From an uncultured Gemmatimonadaceae bacterium (lineage in GTDB: Bacteria; Gemmatimonadota; Gemmatimonadetes; Gemmatimonadales; Gemmatimonadaceae): a stretch of DNA of 64,000 nucleotides. Shown one piece after another: positions 29,916 to 39,309 of the stretch. The DNA lies in NCBI GenBank assembly GCA_963740355.1, contig CAVUDW010000003.1, positions 192,001 through 256,000 of the forward strand, read 5' to 3'. Position 1 is the first letter of the stretch. Every line of letters begins with the position of its first letter. The notes under the pieces are model-generated. The model saw nothing but the letters and a program-made list of their open reading frames with translations, was not told the DNA's origin and did not search any database. Made by a program: the position numbers and the translations under genes.

Positions 29916-31589
29916 TTAGCGAGCGGAGAGGACGGTACGATACAGATCGCGATAGCGCTCTTCCGAGCGTTCCCAGCCAAAGTCCCTCGCCATGGCGTCA
30001 CGCATCATCCGGAACCACTGGTCCCGGTCACGATAGGCAACGATGGCGCGTGCGATTGCCTCGGCGAACGCCGACGCCGAGAACTCATTGAAGACGAATC
30101 CGGTGACTCCATCATGCACCGTGTCCGCGAGACCGCCAACCCGCCGGACCAGCGGAACCGTACCGTAGCGCTGTGCGCGCATCTGCGTGAGGCCGCAGGG
30201 CTCGTAGCGGCAGGGCATGAGCAGGATGTCGCCGCCCGCCATCAGGCGGTGTTCGCGTTCGTCGGAGAAGTGTGTATTGATGAAGACGCGATCCGGGTAC
30301 CGCGCGGCAATGGCGCGCAGGCCGTCCACATACCGATGGTCACCGTTACCGAGGAAGACCCATTGTGCCTCGGCATTGAAGATCCAGGGATTCTCGAGGA
30401 TCAGGTCGAGCCCCTTCTGCTGCACGAGGCGCGCGGTCATGACGAAGATCGGAACATCCTGGCGCTCGGCGAGGCCCAGTTCGCGCTGCAGCGCCTGTCG
30501 GCAGACCGCCTTGTTGCCGATGTCCTCGCGCGAGAAGGGCGCGGCGATGTCCGGATCGCGGGACGGGTCCCAGCGCGTCTGGTCGATGCCGTTGAGGATG
30601 CCGACGAAGCGATCGCCCTTGAGCTGGAAGTTCTCGTGGAGGCCAAAGCCCCCTTCCGCTGTGCGGAGTTCCTCGGCGTGCGTCATGCTCACGGTGGTGA
30701 CCGCGTCGGCGAAGGAGATGCCGCCCTTGAGCAGGTTCATGCGGCCGTACCACTCGAAGCGGTCGAACGAATAGAGCGACATCGGCAGGCCGACGTCGTG
30801 CATGGTCTCCGGCGAATAGTGCCCCTGAAAGCCCGCGTTGTGGACCGTGAGCACCGTGGCCACGTCGCGGTGGTAGGGGCTATCTGCATACCAGGTGCGG
30901 AGATAGGCGAGTGCGAGACAGGTGTGCCAGTCGTGCGCGTGGAGCAGGACGGGAGCCGCGGTGATCCGCGGGAGCACGCGCATCGCGGCGGCGCAGAGGA
31001 AGGCGTAGCGTCGGGCACTATCGGCGTAGCTCCCGGTCTCGTCGCCATAGATGCCGGAGCGATCGAAGAAGTCGCGGTTGTCGATGAAGTAGACCGACGG
31101 CGGCGGTGCGGTGCCGCGCATGGCGATGATCTCCGTGGCGGCCTCGACAGGAAGCTTGTACAGCTGGGCACCGTGTGAACGGTAGGCGACCTCGACGGTG
31201 AATGGACCGTCGACCGGCTCCAGATTCGGGAACTGATCACGAATCTGCCTGTACAGCGGCATCAGGATCGCAACGTTGAGTCCGGCAGCAGCCTGATACG
31301 CAGCGAGGCTCGCGACCACCTCACCGAGACCACCGGTTCGTGCGATCGGAGCGAGCTCGGCCGTCAAGTGCACGACGGACACCGGCCTCGCATCGTTCGA
31401 CTTCAGCGGCTCCGACGGCGTCCGCTTGAGAAAGCGACCATCGGGACCACGAACCGCCTGCCCCGGCTTCGCACGCGCCGTTTTCTCAGCGGCACGTTTG
31501 GCTTTTGCGGCTGGCTTGGCGATCGCCTTGGGCGCGGGTTCTGGCGCCGTGGTGGGTTTCGCAGCCGGCTTGGGAGTCCGAGGAGGCAT
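29916..31589 (-). CDS. glgA: Glycogen synthase (GT5) with a Lys/Ala/Pro-rich N-terminal extension
   Basis: AELAPIARTGGLGEV, HAHDWHT, TVHNAGFQG, GILNGID, RLVQQKG, MPCRYEPCGLTQMRAQRYG, VGGLADTV. Start ATG 31589. Confidence 0.93.
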   Translation of the reverse strand: MPPRTPKPAAKPTTAPEPAPKAIAKPAAKAKRAAEKTARAKPGQAVRGPDGRFLKRTPSEPLKSNDARPVSVVHLTAELAPIARTGGLGEVVASLAAYQAAAGLNVAILMPLYRQIRDQFPNLEPVDGPFTVEVAYRSHGAQLYKLPVEAATEIIAMRGTAPPPSVYFIDNRDFFDRSGIYGDETGSYADSARRYAFLCAAAMRVLPRITAAPVLLHAHDWHTCLALAYLRTWYADSPYHRDVATVLTVHNAGFQGHYSPETMHDVGLPMSLYSFDRFEWYGRMNLLKGGISFADAVTTVSMTHAEELRTAEGGFGLHENFQLKGDRFVGILNGIDQTRWDPSRDPDIAAPFSREDIGNKAVCRQALQRELGLAERQDVPIFVMTARLVQQKGLDLILENPWIFNAEAQWVFLGNGDHRYVDGLRAIAARYPDRVFINTHFSDEREHRLMAGGDILLMPCRYEPCGLTQMRAQRYGTVPLVRRVGGLADTVHDGVTGFVFNEFSASAFAEAIARAIVAYRDRDQWFRMMRDAMARDFGWERSEERYRDLYRTVLSAR

Positions 31590-31860
31590 GAGTTCGTTTC
31601 CGCGCGAGGGCACGCGCCGCCCGGGGAGATCCTCGGGGTGTGTCGATGGAGAAATGACGAGAGAACCGCGAGAACCGCGCGAGGCTGCCTCGGTCGCGAG
31701 CGAATGTGCCGACACTGCCAGCGAGCACTGCAGACCACTTTGGCAAGGTGCGCAGCCACCCCTCACAATTCCAGTAGGGGCACGGGTGCGGGACGGAATT
31801 GCCACATGTGCGTCTGTAGGCAACTGCCCGACTCAACCAGATCGCTCTAGTTTAGGTTAC

Positions 31861-33999
31861 GTGACCAATCCAATCCCCAGCCGGATCGCCGGCCTGCAAG
31901 AGCTCGCGAGCAATCTCTCGTGGAGCTGGAACCGTGAAGCGCGTGCGCTTTTCGCGTCCATCGATGACCGTTTGTGGCTCGCCACGCGCCACAACCCCGT
32001 CACTTTCCTCAAGCGCGTCTCGCCCGAGCGACTTCAGGCCTGTGCCGACACCCCGGCATTCCGCGCGCAGTATGACGAGGCGATGCACTGGGTTCGGACC
32101 GAGTCGCAAACCGACAACACCTGGTTTGCGAAGACGTATCCGGAGCTGACGCAGTCGAAGATCGCGTACTTCTGCGCTGAGTTCGGCCTGCACTCATCGG
32201 TCCCGATCTACTCCGGCGGCCTCGGCGTGCTGGCGGGCGATCACTGCAAGACGGCGTCGGACCTCGGCCTTCCACTGGTCGGCATCGGCTTGCTGTACCG
32301 GAACGGCTACTTCGACCAGCGCATCAATGTCGATGGCTGGCAGGAGAACATGGATGACACCTTCGACCTCGCCAGCACACCGATCACGCCAGTCCTGAAC
32401 GCCGATGGCACCGACCTCACGGTCTCGGTGCAGGTGGCAGGCCATGAAGTGCTCGTGCGCGCGTGGCGCCTGATGGTGGGCCGCGTGCCACTGTTGCTGC
32501 TCGACACCGACTTGCCGGCCAACCGTCCGGAAGATCGTGAGCTGCTGAGCCGTCTCTACGCCGGCGGTGTGGACCTGCGCCTGCGCCAGGAATGGCTGCT
32601 CGGCGTTGGTGGCGTGCGCATCCTGCGCGCGCTCAAGATGGAGCCGGATGTGTGGCATGCGAACGAAGGGCACGCCAGCTTCATGTTCATCGAGCGCCTG
32701 CGCGAACTGCGCGAGAAGGGCGTCGAGATGGCGGAAGCGATCACGAAGGTGCGTCGCGCCTCGGTGTTCACGACGCACACACCAGTGCCGGCAGGTCACG
32801 ATGTGTTCCAGCGCACCGCTGTCGAGGCGGTGCTCGGCCCGGTGTGGAAGGAGCTCGGTGTGGACGCCGATACCTTTGCGAACTACGGCTTCCATCCGCA
32901 TTACGGGAAGGACCAGTTCCACATGACTGCATGCGCGGTGCGCTTCGCCTCGAAGGTCACGGGTGTGGCCAAGATGCACGGCGAAGTCTCGCGTGAGCTG
33001 CTGCACCCGATGTGGCCCAACCGTGCGGTGAATCAGGTGCCGGTCGGTCACGTCACCAACGGCGTGCACCTGGCCACCTGGATGGCCAACCCGATCATGA
33101 GCACGCTCGACCGGCATCTCGGTCGCGATTGGGGCTTCACGCTCGACAATCCCGATACGTGGAACCGCATCATGAAGGTGCCGGATGCCGACCTCTGGTC
33201 AGCGCATCAGGAACTGAAGGATGTGCTGGTCGACCGCATCATCGAGAAGGCCCGTCGCAGCTTTGCGCGTGGGCACAAGGAAGCGACGCAGACGGTCGGA
33301 TCAGGGGTGCTGCTCGATCGCACGAGCCTGATGATCGGCTTCGCGCGTCGCTTTGCGACCTACAAGCGTGCGGATCTCCTGTTCCACGATCCGGAGCGCC
33401 TCCGCAAGATCCTCACGAACCCGAATGCACCGGTGCAGCTGGTGTTCGCGGGCAAGGCCCATCCGGCCGACGTGCCGGGCAAGACCGTCTTGCAGCGTGT
33501 GTATCAGTTCACACGGGATCCGCGCTTCGAAGGCCGCGTGGCGTTCATCGAAGACTACGACATGCATATCGCCCATCTGTTGGTACAGGGCGTGGACATG
33601 TGGATGAACCTCCCGCGTCCACCGCTCGAAGCCTCGGGCACCAGCGGCATGAAGGCGGCGCTGAACGGCGTGCCCCAGCTTTCCACCATCGATGGCTGGT
33701 GGGCGGAAGGGTACGACGGCACGAACGGTTGGGCCGTCACGGCACCGAAGAACGGTGACGAGGACGCAGCGGCAGCGAACAACGTGTATGAATTGCTGGA
33801 ACGTGAAGTCGTGCCGCGCTACTACGATCGTCCGATGCGCGATGCGGTGCCCACCAAGTGGCTCGCCACGATGAAGCACAGCATCCGTCAGGCCGGCCGA
33901 TTCTTCACCGGCGCCCGCATGGTGCAGCAGTACACGCGGGAGTACTACGCGCCGGCGATCATCGGCGGCGACTTCCCTGATGATCCGCCGACGGCGTGA
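31861..33999 (+). CDS. glgP: Alpha-glucan (glycogen) phosphorylase
   Basis: AYFCAEFG, YSGGLGVLAGD, NEGH, FTTHTPVPAGHD, TNGVH, ARRFATYKR, AGKAHP, EASGTSGMKAALNG (PLP lysine). Start GTG 31861. Confidence 0.95.
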   Translation: MTNPIPSRIAGLQELASNLSWSWNREARALFASIDDRLWLATRHNPVTFLKRVSPERLQACADTPAFRAQYDEAMHWVRTESQTDNTWFAKTYPELTQSKIAYFCAEFGLHSSVPIYSGGLGVLAGDHCKTASDLGLPLVGIGLLYRNGYFDQRINVDGWQENMDDTFDLASTPITPVLNADGTDLTVSVQVAGHEVLVRAWRLMVGRVPLLLLDTDLPANRPEDRELLSRLYAGGVDLRLRQEWLLGVGGVRILRALKMEPDVWHANEGHASFMFIERLRELREKGVEMAEAITKVRRASVFTTHTPVPAGHDVFQRTAVEAVLGPVWKELGVDADTFANYGFHPHYGKDQFHMTACAVRFASKVTGVAKMHGEVSRELLHPMWPNRAVNQVPVGHVTNGVHLATWMANPIMSTLDRHLGRDWGFTLDNPDTWNRIMKVPDADLWSAHQELKDVLVDRIIEKARRSFARGHKEATQTVGSGVLLDRTSLMIGFARRFATYKRADLLFHDPERLRKILTNPNAPVQLVFAGKAHPADVPGKTVLQRVYQFTRDPRFEGRVAFIEDYDMHIAHLLVQGVDMWMNLPRPPLEASGTSGMKAALNGVPQLSTIDGWWAEGYDGTNGWAVTAPKNGDEDAAAANNVYELLEREVVPRYYDRPMRDAVPTKWLATMKHSIRQAGRFFTGARMVQQYTREYYAPAIIGGDFPDDPPTA

Positions 34000-35279
34000 G
34001 ATCGGTCGTCATTCACGCGCACTGCTACCAACCACCGCGCGAGGACCCGTTCACGGGCCTCGTGCCGGTGGAGCGGTCGGCGGCCCCGTTCCATGACTGG
34101 AACGCGCGCATCACTGATGAGTCGTACCTCCCACTCGCCAACGCACGCGACCTGACGGCGCGTGCGCGCATCAACCTGTTCGAGTGGATCAGCTTCAACG
34201 TCGGTCCCACGCTGGCTGTGTGGCTGGAACGTGAGGCACCGGCGGTGCTGGATGCGATGCGCCTTGGCGACGCGCGCTCCGTCGAGCGACTCGGGCACGG
34301 CAACGCCATTGCGAGCGCCTACAATCATGTCATCCTCCCGCTCGCGTCGCCGCATGAACGCAAGCGGGAAATCTTCTGGGGCCTGCACGACTTCCGTGTG
34401 CGATTCGGTCGTGAGTCGCGCGGTTTCTGGTGTCCGGAAACCGCGATCGACGAAGACACGGCGCAGGCGCTGGCGGAGGCCGGTGTGCAGTTCGCCATCG
34501 TCGCACCGTACCAGATCCGCGACGGTGGGCACGACGGTCAACCACGCGTCTGGCGCGGCGCCAAGGGGCATTCCCTGCACCTCACGCCGTACCATGGTGA
34601 GCTGAGTGGCTCGATCGGCTTCGGTGACATGGCGCAGAATGGCGAAAAGCTCGCACATGCCCTCGCGCACATCGCCGAAGAACGTGGCATCGCCAGCATT
34701 GCGACCGACGGCGAAACCTTCGGCCACCACAAGCGGCACGGCGAGATGGCGCTGGCCGAGGCGATCGGTGCGCTGCGCCGCAACCAGAAGGCCACGGTCA
34801 CGAACTTCGCTGCGATCATCAATGCGCAGGAGAAGTGGCACGACTGCCAGTTGCTGTCGCCCAGTTCCTGGAGCTGTGCGCATGGCATCGAGCGGTGGCG
34901 CTCCAACTGCGGCTGTGGCGCGACACACGAAACCGGTCGCGCGCAGGAGTGGCGTGGTCCGCTTCGCGCGGCGTTGCGCTGGCTGGCGGAGGCGCTCGAC
35001 ACCGCTGACGGTGATGATCCGGAGCTGACGCCCCAGCGGAAGGCGCGCTATGGCATGTTCACCAGTTGCGGCTGGTTCTTCGATCGTTTCGAAGGGCATG
35101 AGCCGCGCTTGTTGATGCGCATGGCCGCCTTCGCCATCGCGGGGCGGAAGGACGCTGAGGAGCTCGAGGCCGGACTGGTGGCGCGCCTGATCCATGCCCA
35201 CGCCAATGATCGCTCGCTCGGCAATGGTGCCGATATCTGGTATCGCGACTTTCATCACCTGATCGCCGCGACGAAGTAG
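33996..35279 (+). CDS. GH57-family DUF3536 glycoside hydrolase (compact form)
   Basis: HAHCYQPPREDP, PFHDWNARITDESY, SFNVGPTL, YNHVILPL, FWCPETA, ATDGETFGHH, SWSCAHGIERWRSNCGC, MFTSCGWFF. Start overlaps the glgP stop (GTGA). Confidence 0.9.
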   Translation: MRSVVIHAHCYQPPREDPFTGLVPVERSAAPFHDWNARITDESYLPLANARDLTARARINLFEWISFNVGPTLAVWLEREAPAVLDAMRLGDARSVERLGHGNAIASAYNHVILPLASPHERKREIFWGLHDFRVRFGRESRGFWCPETAIDEDTAQALAEAGVQFAIVAPYQIRDGGHDGQPRVWRGAKGHSLHLTPYHGELSGSIGFGDMAQNGEKLAHALAHIAEERGIASIATDGETFGHHKRHGEMALAEAIGALRRNQKATVTNFAAIINAQEKWHDCQLLSPSSWSCAHGIERWRSNCGCGATHETGRAQEWRGPLRAALRWLAEALDTADGDDPELTPQRKARYGMFTSCGWFFDRFEGHEPRLLMRMAAFAIAGRKDAEELEAGLVARLIHAHANDRSLGNGADIWYRDFHHLIAATK

Positions 35280-35469
35280 CGAGAGACAAGCGCTGTCCTG
35301 TCCGTTGGCCGGGCCGACAGCTGAGTGTGCCAGCACGATCGTGAACGCCCGCACCTGCCGAGAGAAAATGGTCAGTGCGGGCGTTCTTGTTGTTGTGCGC
35401 GCTTGATGGACGGTGGATCAGGCGGTACTCAATAGCGCACGGCTGAAAAGCGCGCGCTGTTTCTGAAGG

Positions 35470-37725
35470 GTGGCCCTGACGGAGCGAGTCATGCTGATCT
35501 ATCCCCTGGTGCTCGACGCAGAGCAGCATGCGGGTGAAGTGCTGGACGTGCTCGCCACTCGCGACACAGAATCGTCGGCCGCCATGGTGGCCGTCCGCAA
35601 ACGTGATCGACTGCGCGTAGTGTGGTATCTGCTCCCGGCACGGGAGATTCGCACCGATTGCGAGGCCGCCGCGGCAAACGCCACGCTCGACAGTGCCTGC
35701 GATTTCGCACGGAACTACTACCGCGACGTTGCTGAGGTCTGCGACGTTCGGACACTGCCGCGTCCTTCGCTTGAAGCGCATGGATGGCTAATCGCAATGT
35801 CCGGCGGTCGTCTCGTCGGTGCAGTGCCTCCAGCATTCATGGCGGCGCCACCACCCCCGGAAGCGCCACAGGCGCCCGCGCCGGCTCCCGCTCCCGCTCC
35901 TGCTCCCGCCCCAGCGGCAGGCATGCCGCCGGCGGTGATCCTGCCCTACCCCTACATCGAGCCCGAGCCGGCGGCAGTGACACCCGCGCGCCCGAAACGC
36001 AGTGCAGCACACCGCGGACAGCGTGCGAAACCACCGACAGGCGCAGAGCAGCCGCAGGCCGCGGGGGCGGCGCCGGAAGAAGGCGTTGGCCGCGGTATCG
36101 AGGAGTCCGCCGGCACTCCGCCGGATGACGTCCTGCTGGCGCTGCCGCGCGTCGAGTCGCGCGAGCGGTATCTCCCGGGTGAGTCCGGCCTCGAACTGAC
36201 GATCGGGCTCAAAGCACCCGTCACGGCCACCGACCCGGGTGTCATGACCTTCGTGTCACCACACGCGGCGACCAGCATCGACATCGACGTCATGGTGGAG
36301 GCGCCGGACTTCACCTGCGCACAGGGTTGGAAACACACACTGACAGTCGACAAGTCTGCACCCTACGTGGCATCGCTGCAGTTGGTCCTCGTGAACGCAA
36401 CACCCGAGGATCATGCGCCCCGCATGGCCACCGTTCGCGTGCACTTCTCGTACAAGGGCCAACCCGCCGGCATGGCGGTGCGATTGGTAGCACTCGGCGA
36501 GGCAACGCTGGAGGAAGCAGAAGCGATCGCGCAGCCGACAGCTGCACCGCTGCAACTCGAAGCCAGCAAGACGCCGCTCGACCTCGTCATCCGGATTTCA
36601 CGGCGCGATCAGAGTGAGACCGCGCGCGAGTTGATCTGGACGCTGGTCGATTGTGCGCATCCGATCGCGTTGCCGGACGCCCCGCTGACGCAGAAAGTCG
36701 GCGATCGCGACACCGCTGCATCGTTCGCCGCCAAGGTCACGAGCCAGGTCGGTGGCGCCGACGGCACGGTGACGATCGACAACATCATGCGCAGCATCGG
36801 GACGCTGATCCGCCGCGCGATGCCGCCACAGGTGCTCCAGGCACTCACGGACGTGGCGAAAGCCGTCGGTCCGACGCGTCTTCCCTGGGTGTTGTTGCTG
36901 ACCGATGAGTGCAACGTGCCGTGGGAGTTGGCGCTGCTCGACGCGCCACCCGACGCCACGCGGGCACCATATCTCGGCGCGCAGTTCGCCGTCTCGCGAT
37001 GGATTCATGGCGAAACCGACATTCCGGTGCCACCGCCCGCCGTCCTCGAGGTCAGCAACCTCGCCGTCGTGCTGGGCAACTACGATGCGTCGAGCCTGGC
37101 GGCGCTGCCGCACGCGAAGGAGGAATCGACCGAACTCGCCGCGGAATCGGCGGCCGCCCCGTCGCGGTTTCCTCGCGTCACGAGCGTCGATGCCAGCGCA
37201 GACAGTCTGGTCGACCTGTTGAATGGTGCGCTGCCGTCCAACGGTGGGCCGATCGCGCCGGAACTGGTGCACTTCGCCTGCCATGGCGAGGTGCTGGGCA
37301 GCGGCGTCTCGAAGCGATCGGTCCTCTACCTCAGTGACGGTTCGCCGATGTCGGAGCTGCTCTTCGTGTCGTCGGCGCTGGGCAGGAAGACGAAGTCATT
37401 CCTCTTCATGAACGCCTGCCAGGTGGGTGTCGGCGGCGATGAGCTGGGCCAGTATGCCGGGTTCCCCGGCATGGCCATCGGTGCCGGATTCAGTGGCTTC
37501 GTCGGACCGCTGTGGAGCGTGAACGACCTGATCGCGAAGTCGATCGCGCTCGATTTCTACCGCAAGGCGTTCGGCAGCGATGGCGCATCACCGAGGGCGG
37601 TGGCCGAGGTCCTGGCCGACATGCGCTCGACGTATGCCAACGAGCCTGACCCGAAGAAGCGACAGGCCACATGGCTCGCGTACGTGCACTACGGACACCC
37701 GCACTTCACTCTTTCTCACGCGTGA
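35470..37725 (+). CDS. CHAT-domain (caspase-like cysteine protease) multidomain protein
   Basis: C-terminal CHAT domain: VPWEL, LPHAKEE, VHFACHG (His), FMNACQVG (Cys), GPLWSVND, FY, WLAYVHYG. N-terminal globular domain, Pro/Ala linker and beta-rich middle domain. Confidence 0.88.
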   Translation: MALTERVMLIYPLVLDAEQHAGEVLDVLATRDTESSAAMVAVRKRDRLRVVWYLLPAREIRTDCEAAAANATLDSACDFARNYYRDVAEVCDVRTLPRPSLEAHGWLIAMSGGRLVGAVPPAFMAAPPPPEAPQAPAPAPAPAPAPAPAAGMPPAVILPYPYIEPEPAAVTPARPKRSAAHRGQRAKPPTGAEQPQAAGAAPEEGVGRGIEESAGTPPDDVLLALPRVESRERYLPGESGLELTIGLKAPVTATDPGVMTFVSPHAATSIDIDVMVEAPDFTCAQGWKHTLTVDKSAPYVASLQLVLVNATPEDHAPRMATVRVHFSYKGQPAGMAVRLVALGEATLEEAEAIAQPTAAPLQLEASKTPLDLVIRISRRDQSETARELIWTLVDCAHPIALPDAPLTQKVGDRDTAASFAAKVTSQVGGADGTVTIDNIMRSIGTLIRRAMPPQVLQALTDVAKAVGPTRLPWVLLLTDECNVPWELALLDAPPDATRAPYLGAQFAVSRWIHGETDIPVPPPAVLEVSNLAVVLGNYDASSLAALPHAKEESTELAAESAAAPSRFPRVTSVDASADSLVDLLNGALPSNGGPIAPELVHFACHGEVLGSGVSKRSVLYLSDGSPMSELLFVSSALGRKTKSFLFMNACQVGVGGDELGQYAGFPGMAIGAGFSGFVGPLWSVNDLIAKSIALDFYRKAFGSDGASPRAVAEVLADMRSTYANEPDPKKRQATWLAYVHYGHPHFTLSHA

Positions 37726-37743
37726 ACTCCTTCGGAGACGGCA

Positions 37744-39291
37744 ATGCCTGACTTCGTGCTCGATGGTAGCGGTGCCAAGGTCGATATCGGTCAGGGGTAT
37801 GCGATTCGCGCTCCCGGCATGACCGCCACGGGTCGGACCAGCGAAGGGCCGCGTCGACCCGGCACACGATCCCCAGAAGCGCAGGAGATGCCTGCGCTGG
37901 ATGCGGCGCTGGCATCGGCGAATGTGACGGAGATCAAGCAGGTCGAGCTGAATGATGTCCGGGTGCAGCCGGCCGGCGGCGCGACCCGCGCCTCGCGCGC
38001 GCCGAATGGCGACGATGCGCTGGAACTCGACGTGCCGGTCACGAACCCGGATCAAGGGTGCATCGTGCTCAGCGTCGTCGATGGCGCCCTCACCTGGCAT
38101 GTGCCACTGAACGATGACAACTCGGTGCAGACACCGACGACGCGTGGCGGCGGCACGGGGGCGAAGTATCGGTTCCGCATTCCGAACACGCCGCCACCAA
38201 AACCCGCGCCGGGGACTGGTGGCAAGCGCGGCATCATTGGCGCCATCGGCAAGAAGTTGCTGAAGGTGCTCGTCTACCCAATCACCGACCCCATCCTCGG
38301 CCCGATCGGTGAGCACTTCACGCGCAAGTGGGAGGAGAAGAGCCGCCCGTATGGCGTGCGGACCTTCACGCCGGAGAACTTCCAGACGCCAGCCGCCGGC
38401 GCATTCACCAGCGACGACTGGCAACGCATGGCCGGTGGTCGCGCGCTGATGTTCGTTCACGGCACCTTCAGCACGGCGCACGGTGGCTTCATGCAACTGC
38501 CAAAGGCCACCTTGCAGGAACTGAGCGAGCACTATGGCGGCCGTGTGTTCGCCTACAATCATTTTTCGCTCAGTGCGGACCCGCAGGCCAACGCCAGGGA
38601 GTTCATCAAGCGCATGCGCGAGGCCGGCGTGACACTCGATGTCGATATCATCTGCCACAGCCGCGGGGGCCTCGTGTCGCGTGCGCTCGCGGAGCGTGCC
38701 GCTGGCAGTGACCAGACGGACGACGAGTTTCGTGTCGGCGCAATCGTCTTCGTGGGAACACCCAACGCCGGCACCCTGCTCGCGCAGCCGGATCACATGA
38801 TGAGCATGATCGACCGCTACACCACGGCGCTGAACGTGATTCCGACGGGCCCGGTGACGGAGATTCTCGAGGCGATCGTCACCACGGTGAAGATCGTGGC
38901 ACACGCGACCATGAAGGCGCTCGACGGACTGATGTCGATGAATCCCGACGGTGGATACCTGAAGACCGTCAACCGGCCGAGTGCAATCGGGACTCGTTAC
39001 TACGCCATCGCCGCCAACTTCGAGCCGAATACGCCAGAGACGGCGCCGCTGAAGACCGTGATCAAGCAGAAAGTCGGCGATGCAATCGTGGATCGCATCT
39101 TCAAGGAGCAGCCGAACGACCTGGTGGTGCCGACGAACGGCGTGTTCACGGCTGGCGGTCCGCATTTCCCGCTGGAGGAGACTGCGCGGCTGGTCTTCCC
39201 TTCCGAGCGCGCCATCTGGCATTCCGCGTACTTCGAGCAGCCAGAGACGGCTGCGAAGTTGAAGGAATGGCTGATGACGCCCGTGGCCTGA
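37744..39291 (+). CDS. Lipase-like alpha/beta hydrolase (PGAP1/lipase-2-like) with an N-terminal extra domain
   Basis: LMFVHGTFS oxyanion motif, ICHSRGGLVSR nucleophile, VGTPNAGT, NDLVVP (Asp), IWHSAYF (His). 18 nt after the CHAT stop, GGAGA RBS, no signal peptide. Confidence 0.88.
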   Translation: MPDFVLDGSGAKVDIGQGYAIRAPGMTATGRTSEGPRRPGTRSPEAQEMPALDAALASANVTEIKQVELNDVRVQPAGGATRASRAPNGDDALELDVPVTNPDQGCIVLSVVDGALTWHVPLNDDNSVQTPTTRGGGTGAKYRFRIPNTPPPKPAPGTGGKRGIIGAIGKKLLKVLVYPITDPILGPIGEHFTRKWEEKSRPYGVRTFTPENFQTPAAGAFTSDDWQRMAGGRALMFVHGTFSTAHGGFMQLPKATLQELSEHYGGRVFAYNHFSLSADPQANAREFIKRMREAGVTLDVDIICHSRGGLVSRALAERAAGSDQTDDEFRVGAIVFVGTPNAGTLLAQPDHMMSMIDRYTTALNVIPTGPVTEILEAIVTTVKIVAHATMKALDGLMSMNPDGGYLKTVNRPSAIGTRYYAIAANFEPNTPETAPLKTVIKQKVGDAIVDRIFKEQPNDLVVPTNGVFTAGGPHFPLEETARLVFPSERAIWHSAYFEQPETAAKLKEWLMTPVA

Positions 39292-39309
39292 ACGGCGCTC
39301 CGCCGGGAG

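Noticed and set aside
31661..31678. GAGAACCGC x2 tandem repeat in the glgA-glgP intergenic region
   Set aside because: Only two 9-bp copies; could be chance.
31426..31860. Long N-terminal extensions of glgP (from 31426) and glgA (from 31823) in the ORF track
   Set aside because: They would overlap head-to-head. Homology-like sequence starts at GTG 31861 for glgP, and ATG 31589 is the more plausible glgA start, leaving a divergent promoter region.
35845..35920. CCGGCT/CCCGCT-type short tandem repeats
   Set aside because: They encode the Pro-Ala linker of the CHAT protein; not a CRISPR array or an independent repeat element.
37588..39222. 544-aa minus-strand ORF (also 33945-35354 and 4776-6185)
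   Set aside because: Antisense shadows of genes with clear catalytic motifs on the other strand.
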